From Trueperaceae bacterium (GTDB lineage Bacteria; Deinococcota; Deinococci; Deinococcales; Trueperaceae): a DNA stretch of 64,000 bases. Location: positions 32,001 through 96,000 of the forward strand of contig JAXHNB010000009.1 of assembly GCA_034520945.1 (NCBI GenBank). The letters are read 5' to 3'. The translations under genes and the position numbers were made by a program. Below the pieces are notes generated by a model. That model was given only the letters and a program-made list of their open reading frames with translations. It was not told the DNA's origin and made no database searches. Below, in pieces: positions 12,766 to 23,554 of the stretch. The number at the start of each line of letters is the position of its first letter. The first letter of the stretch is position 1.

Positions 12766-14219
12766 TCCAGACGTTCCGGCGCGACGGCCAAGGCGTCGAG
12801 CAGGCGAAAGACGGCGAGTCGGGCCTCATCTCGAGCGCGCGCGGCATCGAGCTCGGCCCGCTGCGCCTCCAGTTGCGAGCGGCGCGCATCGGCTTCGGAC
12901 GCGCTGCCGGCGTCGCGGCGCGAGGCCACCAGTTCGGCCGAAAGGCGGGCCAACTCGGCCGAACGGGCGGCGAGCTCGGCCCCTTCGAGGGCGTCCTCGG
13001 CGGCGGCGTAGGCCCGGTCCACGGCCAAGGCCGCCTGATCACGCGCCGACGCTTCGCGGGCGCGGGCCTGTCGTTCTCCCAGGCGTGCCGCCGACAATGC
13101 GCTCGGCACCGCGGGTGACAGCGGCACCTCCAGCTGCACGCCGATCTCGAAGCTACGGCTCGACGCGCCGGGCCCCAGGCCCTGCAGGCCGTCGTCCGGG
13201 TCGAACGACGCCTCCAGCGTGGGGGTGAACTCCGCCGAGTCCAGCGAGGCGCCGACGCGAAGGTTGCGGGCGTCGCTGCCGCTTGCGAACGCGACGTTCA
13301 GGCTGGCGACGGGCAGCGCGTCCCGAACCGCCGCGTTCGCGTCACGCTCGGCGGCGTCCACGTCGCGGGCGGCCGCACGAAGGTCGGGCCGCTCCGCCGG
13401 CGCGACCGCTTCCTCGCGCGGGGGGAGGGGGGGCGGGTCCGGCAGCGGCCCGCGGGGCGCGGGCACATCCGCGCCGAGCTGCGTGCGGAGCGCGCGCAGC
13501 GCCAGTCGGTGCTTTCGCTCGGCGGCGCGCAGCGACTGCTCGGCGCGGGCCAAGGCCAGTTCGGCCTCGCGCACGTCGAGATCGCTGGCGGCACCGGCTC
13601 TGCGCCGCTCGCGGGCGGCCGCCGTTTCTCGCGCGGCCAACGCGGCCTCCTGCCCGGCCAGGTCGGCGGCACGCCCGGCGCGCGCCGCCTCCTGGAACGC
13701 CCGCACGGTTTCGATGCGGGCGGTCCGCCGTGCCGCCGCCAGTTCGTCCCGGGCGGCCTCGAGGCCGGCGCGCGCCCGCGCCAACTGATCCGCGCCGGAC
13801 CCCGCCGCCGTGCCGGCGAAGCGGGCCGCGACGCGGATCGGCACGACGTCGCCCCCCGACGAGTCCTCGCTGCCCCCACCAGGCAGGTCCGTACGGCCGA
13901 ATCGTTGATCGAAGCCCCCCGACAGGGTCACGTCGACGGGCGCAGCGGCCGCCGACGCGCGTGCCTCGGCCTGCGCCAAGGCCAACTCGGCTCGTTGGAC
14001 GCCGGGGGATTGGTCGGCCAAGCGCACGGCGTCCTCGTACGTCAGCGGGGCGCCCGGCGACTGGCCGAACGCCAACGATGCAACGACGAACGCAGCGCCG
14101 AGCAAGACCCCGCGGAGGCGCGCCCACGAGCGTACCGGCGGATCGAGGGGGAGGCGGTTGGGGGAACGATGCACGATGAACGACTCCTGTGCGCGAGGAT
14201 GGGGTTGCGTCGCACGCAC
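12762..14219 (-). CDS. TolC-family outer membrane efflux protein (start uncertain)
   Basis: LTYEDAVRLA...SPGV; RRRAGAASDLDV; RRDAGSASEAD; overlaps the next gene. Confidence 0.8.
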   Translation of the reverse strand: MRATQPHPRAQESFIVHRSPNRLPLDPPVRSWARLRGVLLGAAFVVASLAFGQSPGAPLTYEDAVRLADQSPGVQRAELALAQAEARASAAAAPVDVTLSGGFDQRFGRTDLPGGGSEDSSGGDVVPIRVAARFAGTAAGSGADQLARARAGLEAARDELAAARRTARIETVRAFQEAARAGRAADLAGQEAALAARETAAARERRRAGAASDLDVREAELALARAEQSLRAAERKHRLALRALRTQLGADVPAPRGPLPDPPPLPPREEAVAPAERPDLRAAARDVDAAERDANAAVRDALPVASLNVAFASGSDARNLRVGASLDSAEFTPTLEASFDPDDGLQGLGPGASSRSFEIGVQLEVPLSPAVPSALSAARLGERQARAREASARDQAALAVDRAYAAAEDALEGAELAARSAELARLSAELVASRRDAGSASEADARRSQLEAQRAELDAARARDEARLAVFRLLDALAVAPERLE

Positions 14220-14417
14220 GCGACGTGCGTGGCGCGCCGGGCGTCCGGCCGGACACCGGGGCCTAGCGCGCGACCCAGCATCGCAGCCGCCACCGGGCCT
14301 GTCCTCCGACCTCAGGAGGAGACCGCCCCCGTCCCGAGACCCGGCAGGGGTCTTCGCCGCGTCGGCCGCCTCGACGCGCGTTCGATGGTGGTGAGATCGA
14401 CCCGTACGCCGACGCCT

Positions 14418-15191
14418 CTAGCGACCCGTCGCGTTCACGCTGAACACGGCCCCGAACGGGTCGTTCAGAACCGTAATGCGTCCATAAAGCGTATCGAAGG
14501 GCGGAACCGACACCGTCCCGCCGGCCGCTTCGGTGGTGCTCGCGGCTTCGTCGGCGTCGCGCACCTCGAAGTACGGCATCCAGTGCGGCGGCACGCCCGC
14601 CCATTCCTCGGTCATCTGCAGGATGCCTCCCACGTCCTCGCCGTCCTTCGAGAGCACGTAGTAGGTGGTCGGCACGCCCTCCTCGAGGCGGCGAGCCTGG
14701 GCGCCCATCGACCCCGTGTAGAAGTCCCGCGCCGCCTCGGCGTCGGGCACGTTCACCTCGCACCACCCCATCGCGCCGGGTTCGTGAGCAACCTCCGCAC
14801 CTCGATGCGCCAGCGGTTGCCACAGCCCGAACACCGCCCCCGCGGGATCCTGCACGATCGCCAGGTGTCCCATGCCCGGCACCTCGAAGGGTTTTTGCAT
14901 CACCGACCCACCCCTGGCGCGGACGTCGTCGGCCATGGCGGCGACGTCGTCCGCCATCAGGTAGACCGTCCAACTGGACGGCATGTCGGCCCCGGCAGGG
15001 ATCTGGCCCAGCCCGGCCGCCGCGGCACCCCGCACCTTGGCGACGTGGTAGTGCCCTATCTCTGGACCGCTCACATCGTACGTCCATCCGAACAGATCGG
15101 CGTAGAACGACGCCGCGCGTTCTACGCCGGAAGACATGAGGTCGAACCAACACGGGACCCCGTGGGGCCGGGGCGTCTCGACTTTGGCCAT
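14418..15191 (-). CDS. VOC/glyoxalase family protein (two domains)
   Basis: GVPCWFDLM...FYADLFGW; DPAGAVFGLWQ; GAMGWCEV; DPFGAVF. Confidence 0.92.
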   Translation of the reverse strand: MAKVETPRPHGVPCWFDLMSSGVERAASFYADLFGWTYDVSGPEIGHYHVAKVRGAAAAGLGQIPAGADMPSSWTVYLMADDVAAMADDVRARGGSVMQKPFEVPGMGHLAIVQDPAGAVFGLWQPLAHRGAEVAHEPGAMGWCEVNVPDAEAARDFYTGSMGAQARRLEEGVPTTYYVLSKDGEDVGGILQMTEEWAGVPPHWMPYFEVRDADEAASTTEAAGGTVSVPPFDTLYGRITVLNDPFGAVFSVNATGR

Positions 15192-15433
15192 GGCGACCCT
15201 CCGCTTCCTCGTCCCAGGTACTTCGGACGAATCCCCACTATAGGCCGTCGCCCGCTCCGCACCCTCGACCTGCCGCCACGCCGCCATACCCATTTCCACA
15301 CGATTCGGAGCAAAGCGGCTAGACTCGAGTCCATCATGATGCGGTCCCCCTCCTTCGCCTGCCCGCCGCCCACGCGACGTACGTGTCGCATGCGAACGTG
15401 CCGGCCGCGGCGACGGCATCGCGGGGCACCGTC

Positions 15434-17260
15434 ATGACCTCCGACGACGGCGCTGAGACCCACACGTCCGTACAGGTCGACCTGGAGAAGCTCACCGAAC
15501 TGGTGCCCGGCATGGTCTACCAGTTCCGTCTCGAGGCCGACGGTCGTGCCAGGCTCCCCTACGTCAGCCGCGGCATTCGCGACCTGTTCGGGTTGTCGCC
15601 CGCGGACGTGGAGGTGAACGCCGAACCGGTGTTCGCGTGCATCCACCCCGAGGACCGCGAGGCCTTTCACGCCTCCATCCAAGAGTCGGCTGCCAGCCTG
15701 CATCCATGGATGCACGAGTTCCGCGTGGCGCTCCCAGAGGGGGAGGTCCGGTGGTTGCGCGCCCACGCCAACCCGGAACGCCTGGACGACGGTGCCACGG
15801 TGTGGCACGGTTTCGTGACCAACGTGACCGAGCGACGCACGCAGGAGGAGCGGCTCCGTCAGCGCGAACAGGTCCTGCAGCGCATGACCGACGCCCTGCA
15901 GGACCTGGTGGTGATGGCGGACGCCGAGCGGCGCATCACCTTCGTCACGCCCAGCGTGCGCACGGTCCTGGGACTCGATCCCGACGAGTTGCCGGGCACG
16001 CCGGTCCTGGACCTCTTCGCCGACCATGAGCGCCCACGTGTGGCCGAAGCCCTGAACGTCGCGCAGCAGGAGCCCGGCGGCCATGCGCTGGAGGCACGCG
16101 GCGCGCACCGGGATGGCCACGACGTGTGGCTGGACACGACCTTCGAATGGCTCGGCTCCGGCGAAGGCGTGGTGCTGGCGTCCCGCGACGTGACGGACCG
16201 AATACGGGATCGCCAGGCCCTTGAGCGCGAGGCCGCCTACCGCCGCGCCCTGGTCGAGATCACCAACGACATGCTCTCCGCCCGCCTGGACAAGGGCTTC
16301 TACCAGCAACTCATGAAGCGCACCATCGAAGTGGTCCCCGACGCGGAAGGCGGCAGCATGGTGTTGTGGGACGACGCGGGGCACTACCGTTTCGTGGCTG
16401 CGGAGGAGTTCGACCTCGACGTGCTGCGCGAGTTGCGCCTGGAACCCGACGAGATCGGCCGGAGCCATCCGCCGCGCGTGGAACGCATCCAGGTCCATGA
16501 CACGCACGGGCGTTTGTCGGAGAAGAAGGTCGAGGTGTTTCGCCGCGCCGGCAACCTGCTCGACATCAAGATGACGTTGTCGGTCCCGATCCTCGCGGCG
16601 GGCGAGCCGCGCGGGTTCATGAATCTGGACAACTTCCACGACGAAGACGCGTTTGGCGCGGAGGCGATCGAGGTCGCCGAAGCGTTGGCGGCGCAGGTCG
16701 GGATCGCGCTGCAGCGCCTGCAGCTCGAGGATTGGCTGGAAGAGGAGCGGGCCCGGTACCGTCACCTGGCGAGCCACGACCCGCTGACGGGCCTGCCGAA
16801 CCGCCGGCTGTTCCAGGACCGCCTGGACCAGGCCACCTTACGTGCGCAGCGCCGCTCGTTGCGGGTGGGGCTCGTCTACGTCGATCTGAACGCCTTCAAG
16901 TCCGTCAACGACTCCTACGGCCACGGTGTGGGCGACGACCTGCTGGTCGAGGTGGCACGCCGCCTGCAGACGCAGGTGCGGGCCGAGGACACCGTCGCCC
17001 GCCTCGGTGGGGACGAGTTCGCAGTGGTGCTGTCGGACCTCCCCTCTCCCGACGACGCGCAACGGATCATCGACGCGTTCGCGCATGAACTCAGGGTTCC
17101 CTACGTGCTGGATGGGCGCGGGTTGCGCGTGGACGCCAGCCTCGGCGTGGCGTTCTATCCCGACGACGGCACCGACCGCGAAGCGCTGATGCGGGCCGCG
17201 GACGACGCGATGTACGCGGCCAAGCCGAACCGTACGCGGGATCTGCGCGGCCACGCCTGA
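15434..17260 (+). CDS. PAS-PAS-GAF diguanylate cyclase
   Basis: HPEDR PAS motif, GAF domain, HDPLTGLPNRR, intact RLGGDEF; start may be 15383. Confidence 0.93.
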   Translation: MTSDDGAETHTSVQVDLEKLTELVPGMVYQFRLEADGRARLPYVSRGIRDLFGLSPADVEVNAEPVFACIHPEDREAFHASIQESAASLHPWMHEFRVALPEGEVRWLRAHANPERLDDGATVWHGFVTNVTERRTQEERLRQREQVLQRMTDALQDLVVMADAERRITFVTPSVRTVLGLDPDELPGTPVLDLFADHERPRVAEALNVAQQEPGGHALEARGAHRDGHDVWLDTTFEWLGSGEGVVLASRDVTDRIRDRQALEREAAYRRALVEITNDMLSARLDKGFYQQLMKRTIEVVPDAEGGSMVLWDDAGHYRFVAAEEFDLDVLRELRLEPDEIGRSHPPRVERIQVHDTHGRLSEKKVEVFRRAGNLLDIKMTLSVPILAAGEPRGFMNLDNFHDEDAFGAEAIEVAEALAAQVGIALQRLQLEDWLEEERARYRHLASHDPLTGLPNRRLFQDRLDQATLRAQRRSLRVGLVYVDLNAFKSVNDSYGHGVGDDLLVEVARRLQTQVRAEDTVARLGGDEFAVVLSDLPSPDDAQRIIDAFAHELRVPYVLDGRGLRVDASLGVAFYPDDGTDREALMRAADDAMYAAKPNRTRDLRGHA

Positions 17261-17264
17261 GCGT

Positions 17265-17792
17265 TCAGGCGGCGGTGTCGTTGAGCTCCTTGAACCCACC
17301 GAGATCCAGCATGCATACGGACAAGGCCTCGTCGTTGCGCGTTGCCCGAGCCAAGGCGCGCGCCAGTTCGACTTCCGCGCCGCGCCGGTTGGTGAGCCCC
17401 GTCAACGAATCGGTCAAGGCGTCACGCCGAGCCGCATCGCGGTCGAACGCCACCCAGAGCGTCGACGCGGCCGCCGCGAACCCTTCGAGCGCCCGGCGCG
17501 TCGCGCATGGGCGGGACCTCCCAGCCCGTGCGCAGGGCCGCTTCGATCTCGGTGGCGCCGGGAACCAACCCGGATCCGCTGGACCGTCGGGATGGTGCGC
17601 GACCCAGTCGCACCCTCCGAGGCGGCGTTCCAGCACGCAGCTTCGCGCCCCGAACGATTCGGCCAGCGCGTGGACCACGCGCCACCACAGGGCCTGGCGC
17701 CGAAACGTGGTGGGCAGGTCGGCGCAGGCCTGCCCCGGACCGACCCACGTTCCCGTGGCCGCGCCTACCTCGTCGAGAAGCTTGCGCTCCAT
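17265..17792 (-). pseudogene. Truncated, degenerate GGDEF protein fragment
   Basis: ALTDSLTGLTNRRG...MLDLGGFKELNDT then stop before the GH..GD and GGDEF motifs. Confidence 0.65.
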
Positions 17793-17939
17793 GTCACCGA
17801 GTATGCCCGAGCCCCACTTCCCGATTCCTTACCGCGCCCCGGAGCATGGGTACCCGGGGGGCGTCCGCCGGGCGGGGACGTCCCCCGGGACATTCGAACG
17901 CTGCGACGTCCAGGACGCATCCCGTAAGCTCGCGGCATC

Positions 17940-19559
17940 ATGCACACATCATTGCGCCCCATTACCGACGTCGCCCACGAGTTGGGCCTAGACCCCGCCC
18001 GCCTCCTCCCCCTCGGCCATCACAAGGCCAAGGTCGTCCCCCTGGCGCAAGGCGTGGACGGGGCGCCACGCGGCCGGCTGGTGCTCGTGAGCGCCATCGG
18101 CCCCACCAAGGCCGGCGAGGGCAAGACCACCGTCAGCGTCGGCCTCACCGACGGCCTCCGCCGGACGGGCGTGCGCGTCGCGGCCTGCCTGCGGGAACCG
18201 TCGCTGGGACCCGTGTTCGGCATCAAGGGCGGCGGCACCGGCGGCGGGGCCGCCCAGGTGGAGCCGGCCGAGGACATCAACCTGCACTTCACCGGCGACC
18301 TGCACGCCGTCACCGCCGCGCACGACCTGTTGGCGGCCCTGATCGACAACGATCTGCACTTCGGCGGCGCCAGCGGCCTGACGCCCGAGCGGGTCACCTG
18401 GCCGCGGGTGCTGGACCTGAACGACCGCGCACTCCGCAAGATCATGGTCTCCGCCGGCAAACCCACGGAACGCACCACGCGCTTCGACATCACCGCCGCC
18501 AGCGAGATCATGGCCATCCTGGCGCTGGCCGAATCGCTGGACGACCTCCGTGCCCGCTTGGCCCGAGTCGTGGTCGGCACGCGCCCCGACGACAGCGTCG
18601 TCACCGCTGGCGATCTCGGCGCGGTCGACGCCATGTTGGCGCTGTTGCGGGACGCCCTACACCCCAACCTGGTCCAGACGCGTGAGGGGGCCCCCGCCTT
18701 CGTGCACGCCGGCCCGTTCGGCAACATCGCCCACGGCTGCTCCAGCGTGATCGCGACCCGCACGGCCCTTGCCCACGCCGACGTGGTCGTCACCGAAGCA
18801 GGCTTCGGCTTCGACCTGGGGGGCGAGAAGTTCCTCGACATCAAGATGCGCCAATCCGGCCTGTGGCCGCGCGCCGTCGTGCTGGTCGCCACCGTTCGCG
18901 CCCTGGCCGCGCACGGCGACGGCGACGTGGCCCGCGGCCTGGCGCACCTGGATCGGCAGCTCGCCAATGTGCGCGCCTTCCGCCTCCCCGTGCTGGTGGC
19001 GATCAACGTGTTCGCGGGCGACGCCGAAGCGGACCTTCAGGCGCTGGAACGCCACTGCGAAGCGGCCGGAGTACCCTCGGCCCGCGTCACCTCGTTCGTG
19101 GACGGCGGCGCGGGCGGCGAGGCGCTGGCCCAGCAACTCATGACCCTGTTGGACGCGACCGAGTCGTGCCCGGCCGAACCGCACTTCGTCTACGCCGACG
19201 ACGAGCCCCTGCCCGAGAAGCTGCACGCCCTCGCGACCCGCATCTACGGCGCCGGGGCGGTCACCTACACCGAGCGGGCCGAGCACGACCTCGCCCTGCT
19301 CCGTGCCGGGGGCCACGACCGCCTGCCGGTCTGCGTCGCCAAAACGCACCTGTCGTTCAGCGGCGACCCCAAAGCCGGCGGGCTGGCGGAAGGGTTCCCC
19401 CTCGAAGTACGCGGCCTGCGCCTCTCCGCCGGCGCGGGCTTCGTGGTGGCCCTCGTCGGCCGCATCGTCACCATGCCGGCGCTGCCCCGCGACCCGGCCG
19501 CGAAGCACGTCCGCGTCGCCCCCGACGGTTCGATCCGGGGTCTGATGCAAGGCGACTGA
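17940..19559 (+). CDS. fhs: Formate--tetrahydrofolate ligase
   Basis: PTKAGEGKTT, REPSLGPVFGIKGG, INLHFTGDLHA, HAGPFGNIAHG, TEAGFGFDLGGEKF. Confidence 0.97.
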   Translation: MHTSLRPITDVAHELGLDPARLLPLGHHKAKVVPLAQGVDGAPRGRLVLVSAIGPTKAGEGKTTVSVGLTDGLRRTGVRVAACLREPSLGPVFGIKGGGTGGGAAQVEPAEDINLHFTGDLHAVTAAHDLLAALIDNDLHFGGASGLTPERVTWPRVLDLNDRALRKIMVSAGKPTERTTRFDITAASEIMAILALAESLDDLRARLARVVVGTRPDDSVVTAGDLGAVDAMLALLRDALHPNLVQTREGAPAFVHAGPFGNIAHGCSSVIATRTALAHADVVVTEAGFGFDLGGEKFLDIKMRQSGLWPRAVVLVATVRALAAHGDGDVARGLAHLDRQLANVRAFRLPVLVAINVFAGDAEADLQALERHCEAAGVPSARVTSFVDGGAGGEALAQQLMTLLDATESCPAEPHFVYADDEPLPEKLHALATRIYGAGAVTYTERAEHDLALLRAGGHDRLPVCVAKTHLSFSGDPKAGGLAEGFPLEVRGLRLSAGAGFVVALVGRIVTMPALPRDPAAKHVRVAPDGSIRGLMQGD

Positions 19560-19596
19560 CGGCGGGCGGGGCGGGACGTACGGGTGCACGGCCCGA

Positions 19597-19724
19597 TGAT
19601 GCCCATGGGCATCAAGGCTGCCGCAATACCCATCTCGAAACCCTCGGTGCGTCCCTGACGGCATCTCGGCCCCCTTGCCGCGAAGATGAGGGCATTCTGA
19701 GCGCGCTGATGCCCATGGGCATCG
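19597..19724. repeat. Two copies of the palindrome GATGCCCATGGGCATC, 110 bp apart
   Basis: TGATGCCCATGGGCATCA at 19597-19614 and GATGCCCATGGGCATC at 19708-19723. Confidence 0.85.
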
Positions 19725-19813
19725 AGGTGGCCCGCAACGCATGTCGACCTCCGCCGGCGCCAGGGCGCGGGCCGGCCGAAGGCCCGAACGCCCCACGACC
19801 GGGACACGACGTG

Positions 19814-19871
19814 TTGCAGCCGGCGGTCTGATGATCTATGGTGGGCTCTAACCCCACCCCCCGAGGGGTGG
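19814..19871 (+). promoter_or_regulatory. Sigma70-type promoter with downstream CsoR-like operator
   Basis: TTGCAG-N17-TATGGT (19814-19842), then CCACCCC-N4-GGGGTGG (19854-19871). Confidence 0.6.
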
Positions 19872-19893
19872 ACGCCAACGGAGTCTCGGCTGG

Positions 19894-21918
19894 ATGGGAG
19901 CCCGCATGCACGACGCGCACGACGAACACGGCAACGGCGGTCACGCGGAAGGCGGCCACGACAAGCACGCGGGGCACAGCCCGGCCATGTTCCGCGACCG
20001 GCTGTGGTTCAGCCTGGTGCTGAGCGTGCCGATCCTCTACCTCTCCGAGGCGTTCCAGGCATGGTTCGGCTATCAGGCGGTGGCGTTTCCCGGTGCGGCG
20101 TGGGTGAACCCCGTGCTGGCCACGGCCATCTTCGTGTACGGCGGCATGCCGTTCCTGCGGGGCGCCCGGCACGAACTGGCGGAGCGGGCGCCCGCCATGA
20201 TGACCCTGATCGCGTTGGCGATCAGCGTGGCGTACCTGTTCTCGATGGCCGTCACGTTGGGGTTCCCGGGGACGCCGTTCTTCTGGGAGCTGGCGACGCT
20301 CATCGACGTGATGCTGCTGGGGCACTGGATCGAGATGCGCAGCGTGCAGAACGCCAGCCGGGCGTTGGACGAACTGAGCGAGCTGATGCCGTCGGTGGCG
20401 CATCGGTACGTGGGTGACCAGCAGGTGGAGGACGTGCCCGTCGATCGCCTGCGCCTCGGCGATCGCATCCTGGTCCGGCCCGGCGAACAGATCCCCGCCG
20501 ACGGCGAGGTGCAGGACGGCACCAGCAGCGTGAACGAAGCCTTCCTCACCGGCGAGTCCCGGCCGGTGACGAAGGAGTCCGGCAGCGAGGTGGTCGCCGG
20601 CGCGGTCAACGGCGAAGGCGCCCTCGACGTCGAGATCACCCGCACCGGCGACGAGACCACCCTGAGCCAGGTCATGCGCCTGGTGGACGAAGCGCGCACC
20701 AGCCGCAGCCGCTTCCAGGGGTTGGCCGACCGCGCCGCGGGCTGGTTGGCCTACGTCGCCGTCGCGGTCGGCGCCATCACCTTCCTGACCTGGCTCGGTG
20801 TGCGCGGCGACGTGTCGTTCGCGGTGACGCTCGCCGTCACGGTGCTGGTGATCGCCTGCCCGCACGCCCTGGGGCTGGCCATTCCGCTGGTCACCGTGAA
20901 CGCCACCAGCGTGTCCGCGCGGAACGGCATCCTGGTCCGCAACCGCGACGCCTTCGAGCGGGCGCGCGACCTCCGCTTCGTGGCGTTCGACAAGACCGGC
21001 ACGTTGACCGAGGGCGCCTTCGCCGTCACGCACGTCGAGACCGACGACATCGGCGAGGACGAGGCGTACCGATTGGCCCTCGGCCTGGAGGCGAAGAGCG
21101 AGCATCCCCTCGCCCAGGCGGTGATGGAGGCCGGGGCGGGCCGCGACGCGGCCGCCGTCGACGATTTCACGGTGGAGTCCGGCAAGGGCGTCGAAGCCCG
21201 CGTCGAGGGTGTCACCTACCGCATGGGCCGCCCCGAATGGCCCGACGAACTGGGACTCCAGACCTCCCCGTCGCTTCGCGAGGCGTTGGAGCGCGCGGAA
21301 GGGCGCGGCGAGAGCGTGATCGCCCTCATGAACGAGCGCCGCACGCTGGCGCTGTTCGCGTTGGCGGACCAGGTCCGGCCCAGCGCCAAGCGCGCCGTGG
21401 CGCGCCTCCAAGAGCTCGGCATCGAGCCGGTCATGATCACCGGCGACGCCGAGGCGGTCGCCGCGTCCGTCGCCGCTGAGCTCGGCATCGAACGCTACTC
21501 GGCGCGCGTCCTGCCGCAGGACAAGTCGGAGAAGGTGAAGGAGCTCCAACGCACGGGCCCCACCGCGTTCGTCGGCGACGGCATCAACGACGCACCCGCC
21601 CTGCTCCAGGCAAACCTTGGCGTCGCCATCGGCGCCGGCACCAACGTCGCGATCGAAAGCGCGGACCTGGTCCTCGTCCACGACGACCCCGAGGACGTGC
21701 TGCGGGCCCTGCAGCTCAGCCGCGCCACCTACGCCAAGATGATCCAGAACCTGATCTGGGCGACCGGCTACAACGTGGTCGCGCTTCCGCTGGCCGCCGG
21801 CGTGCTCTACCCCATCGGCATCACGCTGTCCCCCGCCGTCGGCGCGCTGCTGATGAGTGCCAGCACCGTCATCGTCGCGATCAACGCGATGACCTTGCGA
21901 CGCGTGCGGTTGACGTAA
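19894..21918 (+). CDS. copB: Copper-translocating P1B-type ATPase (CopB-like, CPH motif)
   Basis: His-rich N-terminus, [35 protein letters not shown] and MSAST motifs; start may be 19907. Confidence 0.92.
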   Translation: MGARMHDAHDEHGNGGHAEGGHDKHAGHSPAMFRDRLWFSLVLSVPILYLSEAFQAWFGYQAVAFPGAAWVNPVLATAIFVYGGMPFLRGARHELAERAPAMMTLIALAISVAYLFSMAVTLGFPGTPFFWELATLIDVMLLGHWIEMRSVQNASRALDELSELMPSVAHRYVGDQQVEDVPVDRLRLGDRILVRPGEQIPADGEVQDGTSSVNEAFLTGESRPVTKESGSEVVAGAVNGEGALDVEITRTGDETTLSQVMRLVDEARTSRSRFQGLADRAAGWLAYVAVAVGAITFLTWLGVRGDVSFAVTLAVTVLVIACPHALGLAIPLVTVNATSVSARNGILVRNRDAFERARDLRFVAFDKTGTLTEGAFAVTHVETDDIGEDEAYRLALGLEAKSEHPLAQAVMEAGAGRDAAAVDDFTVESGKGVEARVEGVTYRMGRPEWPDELGLQTSPSLREALERAEGRGESVIALMNERRTLALFALADQVRPSAKRAVARLQELGIEPVMITGDAEAVAASVAAELGIERYSARVLPQDKSEKVKELQRTGPTAFVGDGINDAPALLQANLGVAIGAGTNVAIESADLVLVHDDPEDVLRALQLSRATYAKMIQNLIWATGYNVVALPLAAGVLYPIGITLSPAVGALLMSASTVIVAINAMTLRRVRLT

Positions 21919-22297
21919 CGGTCGATGTGCGGCCACGACCGGCCGAAAACGCCGGTGTCCTGCCTACCGTAGGTTCAGGCTTCTGAGCGGAGCCGCGGTC
22001 TTCCCGCGAGGCCTGCTCGCACCGGTTGGCGCGCACGGTTCCAGACCGGACCATACCCGAGTCGTACACTCATGTTTGTGCGCCCCTGACAGGACAGATG
22101 CCCCGGCGAATTGCCTGAACCATGCCGTATTTTGCGGTATCGGAACCACGCAGCGTCGCGGGCCTGGCCGTGCCGTTGAACCGTGACGCAAAAGGGGGTT
22201 TCACGTCCGTCCAACACGAGCCTGCCTCGAGGCGCCGGGACTCGGGCCCGCTTGCCGGTGCATCGCGCCACCGGTCCACACCCGCAAGGAGGAGCGC

Positions 22298-23551
22298 ATG
22301 AGCCGACCGCATCCGGACCCAGGAGCCCCCCGCGACGACAGGGCGCTCGACCGCGCCACACGCGAGCACTACGAACGGCTGGCCGCCGAGGCCGACCGGC
22401 ACCTCGACGAGTTGGAGGCCCGCGCGCCGCTGAACGACGTCACGTTGGAGGACGTCCTGGCGCGCCGCGGCATCTCGCGACGCGACTTCTTGAAGCTGTC
22501 GGCCGTGATGACCACCACCATGGCGCTTCCCTCCATCTTCGACCTGCGCGTGGCACGGGCGGCCGAGTTGAGCACGCGATTGCCGGTCATCTGGCAGGAG
22601 TTGCAGTCGTGCACCGGCAACAGCATGGCGCTGATCCGGAACGCCGACCCCGGCATCGATACGCTGATCCTGGACCTGTTGAGCCTGGAGTACGCCGAGG
22701 TGCTGATGGCCCCCTCGGGCCAGGCGGCCGAGGACGTGCTGGAGGCGGCGATCGAACGCAACGACGGCCAGTACATCGCCGTGTTCGAAGGCTCAGTGCC
22801 GGTGGCCGCCGACGGGTCGTTCCTGACGATCGGCCCGGCGGGCGAGACGGGCGCCGACAAGGTCGTGCACGTGGCGTCGCACGCGGCCGCCGTGATCACC
22901 GCCGGGACGTGCGCGTCCTACGGCGGCATCCCCGCGGCCAACCCCAACCCCACCGCGGCGCTCGGCGTGGGCGACTTCCTGAACACCCGTGGGGTCCGCA
23001 AGCCGGTCGTGAACCTGCCGGCCTGCCCGGTGTCCAGCACCAACGTGGTGGGCACCATCCTGGAGTACGCCATGTTCGGGCGGCTGCCCTCGCTGGACGC
23101 GTACGGGCGTCCCTTGTGGGCGTACAGCCAGCGGATCCACGACAAGTGCGAACGGCGCGGCCACTTCGACGCCGGCGAGTTCGTGGAGGGATGGAGCGAC
23201 ATCGAAGGCATGAAGCGCGGCTTGTGCCTGTTCAAGGTCGGCTGCAAGGGCCCGATGGCCTACAACAACTGCAGCGTGGTCCGCTACAACGAGGGCGCCT
23301 CCTGGCCGATCATGGCCGGCCACGGCTGCATCGGCTGCAGCGAGCCGAACTTCTGGGATTCGATGAGCCCCTTCGAGGTCCCCCTGGCGCGGCGCGTGTA
23401 CCAAGCACCGTTCGGGACCGACGCGGACGCCGACACCATCGGCCGCGTGGCCCTGGGCGCTGCCGCCGTCGGGGTCGCGGCCCACGCGGGCGTGACCGCC
23501 GCGAAGGGCGTTCGCGAGCGGCGCGAGGCATCTCGCGAGAAGGAGGAGTGA
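22298..23551 (+). CDS. hyaA: [NiFe] uptake hydrogenase small subunit (Tat-exported, C-terminal TM anchor)
   Basis: SRRDFLK Tat motif; CTGN, GTCASYGG, PACP, HDKC, CLFKVGCKGP, NNC, WP..AGHGCIGCSEP. Confidence 0.97.
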   Translation: MSRPHPDPGAPRDDRALDRATREHYERLAAEADRHLDELEARAPLNDVTLEDVLARRGISRRDFLKLSAVMTTTMALPSIFDLRVARAAELSTRLPVIWQELQSCTGNSMALIRNADPGIDTLILDLLSLEYAEVLMAPSGQAAEDVLEAAIERNDGQYIAVFEGSVPVAADGSFLTIGPAGETGADKVVHVASHAAAVITAGTCASYGGIPAANPNPTAALGVGDFLNTRGVRKPVVNLPACPVSSTNVVGTILEYAMFGRLPSLDAYGRPLWAYSQRIHDKCERRGHFDAGEFVEGWSDIEGMKRGLCLFKVGCKGPMAYNNCSVVRYNEGASWPIMAGHGCIGCSEPNFWDSMSPFEVPLARRVYQAPFGTDADADTIGRVALGAAAVGVAAHAGVTAAKGVRERREASREKEE

Positions 23552-23554
23552 GCC

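Noticed and set aside
17793..17939. ZTP/THF riboswitch upstream of fhs
   Set aside because: Could not find the conserved GACUGGCG and GCCUGGGC elements; an Rfam scan would settle it
21919..22297. FNR/CRP/Rex site upstream of the hydrogenase
   Set aside because: Half-sites (TTGTG, CGTGA...TCACG) have the wrong spacing; no convincing palindrome
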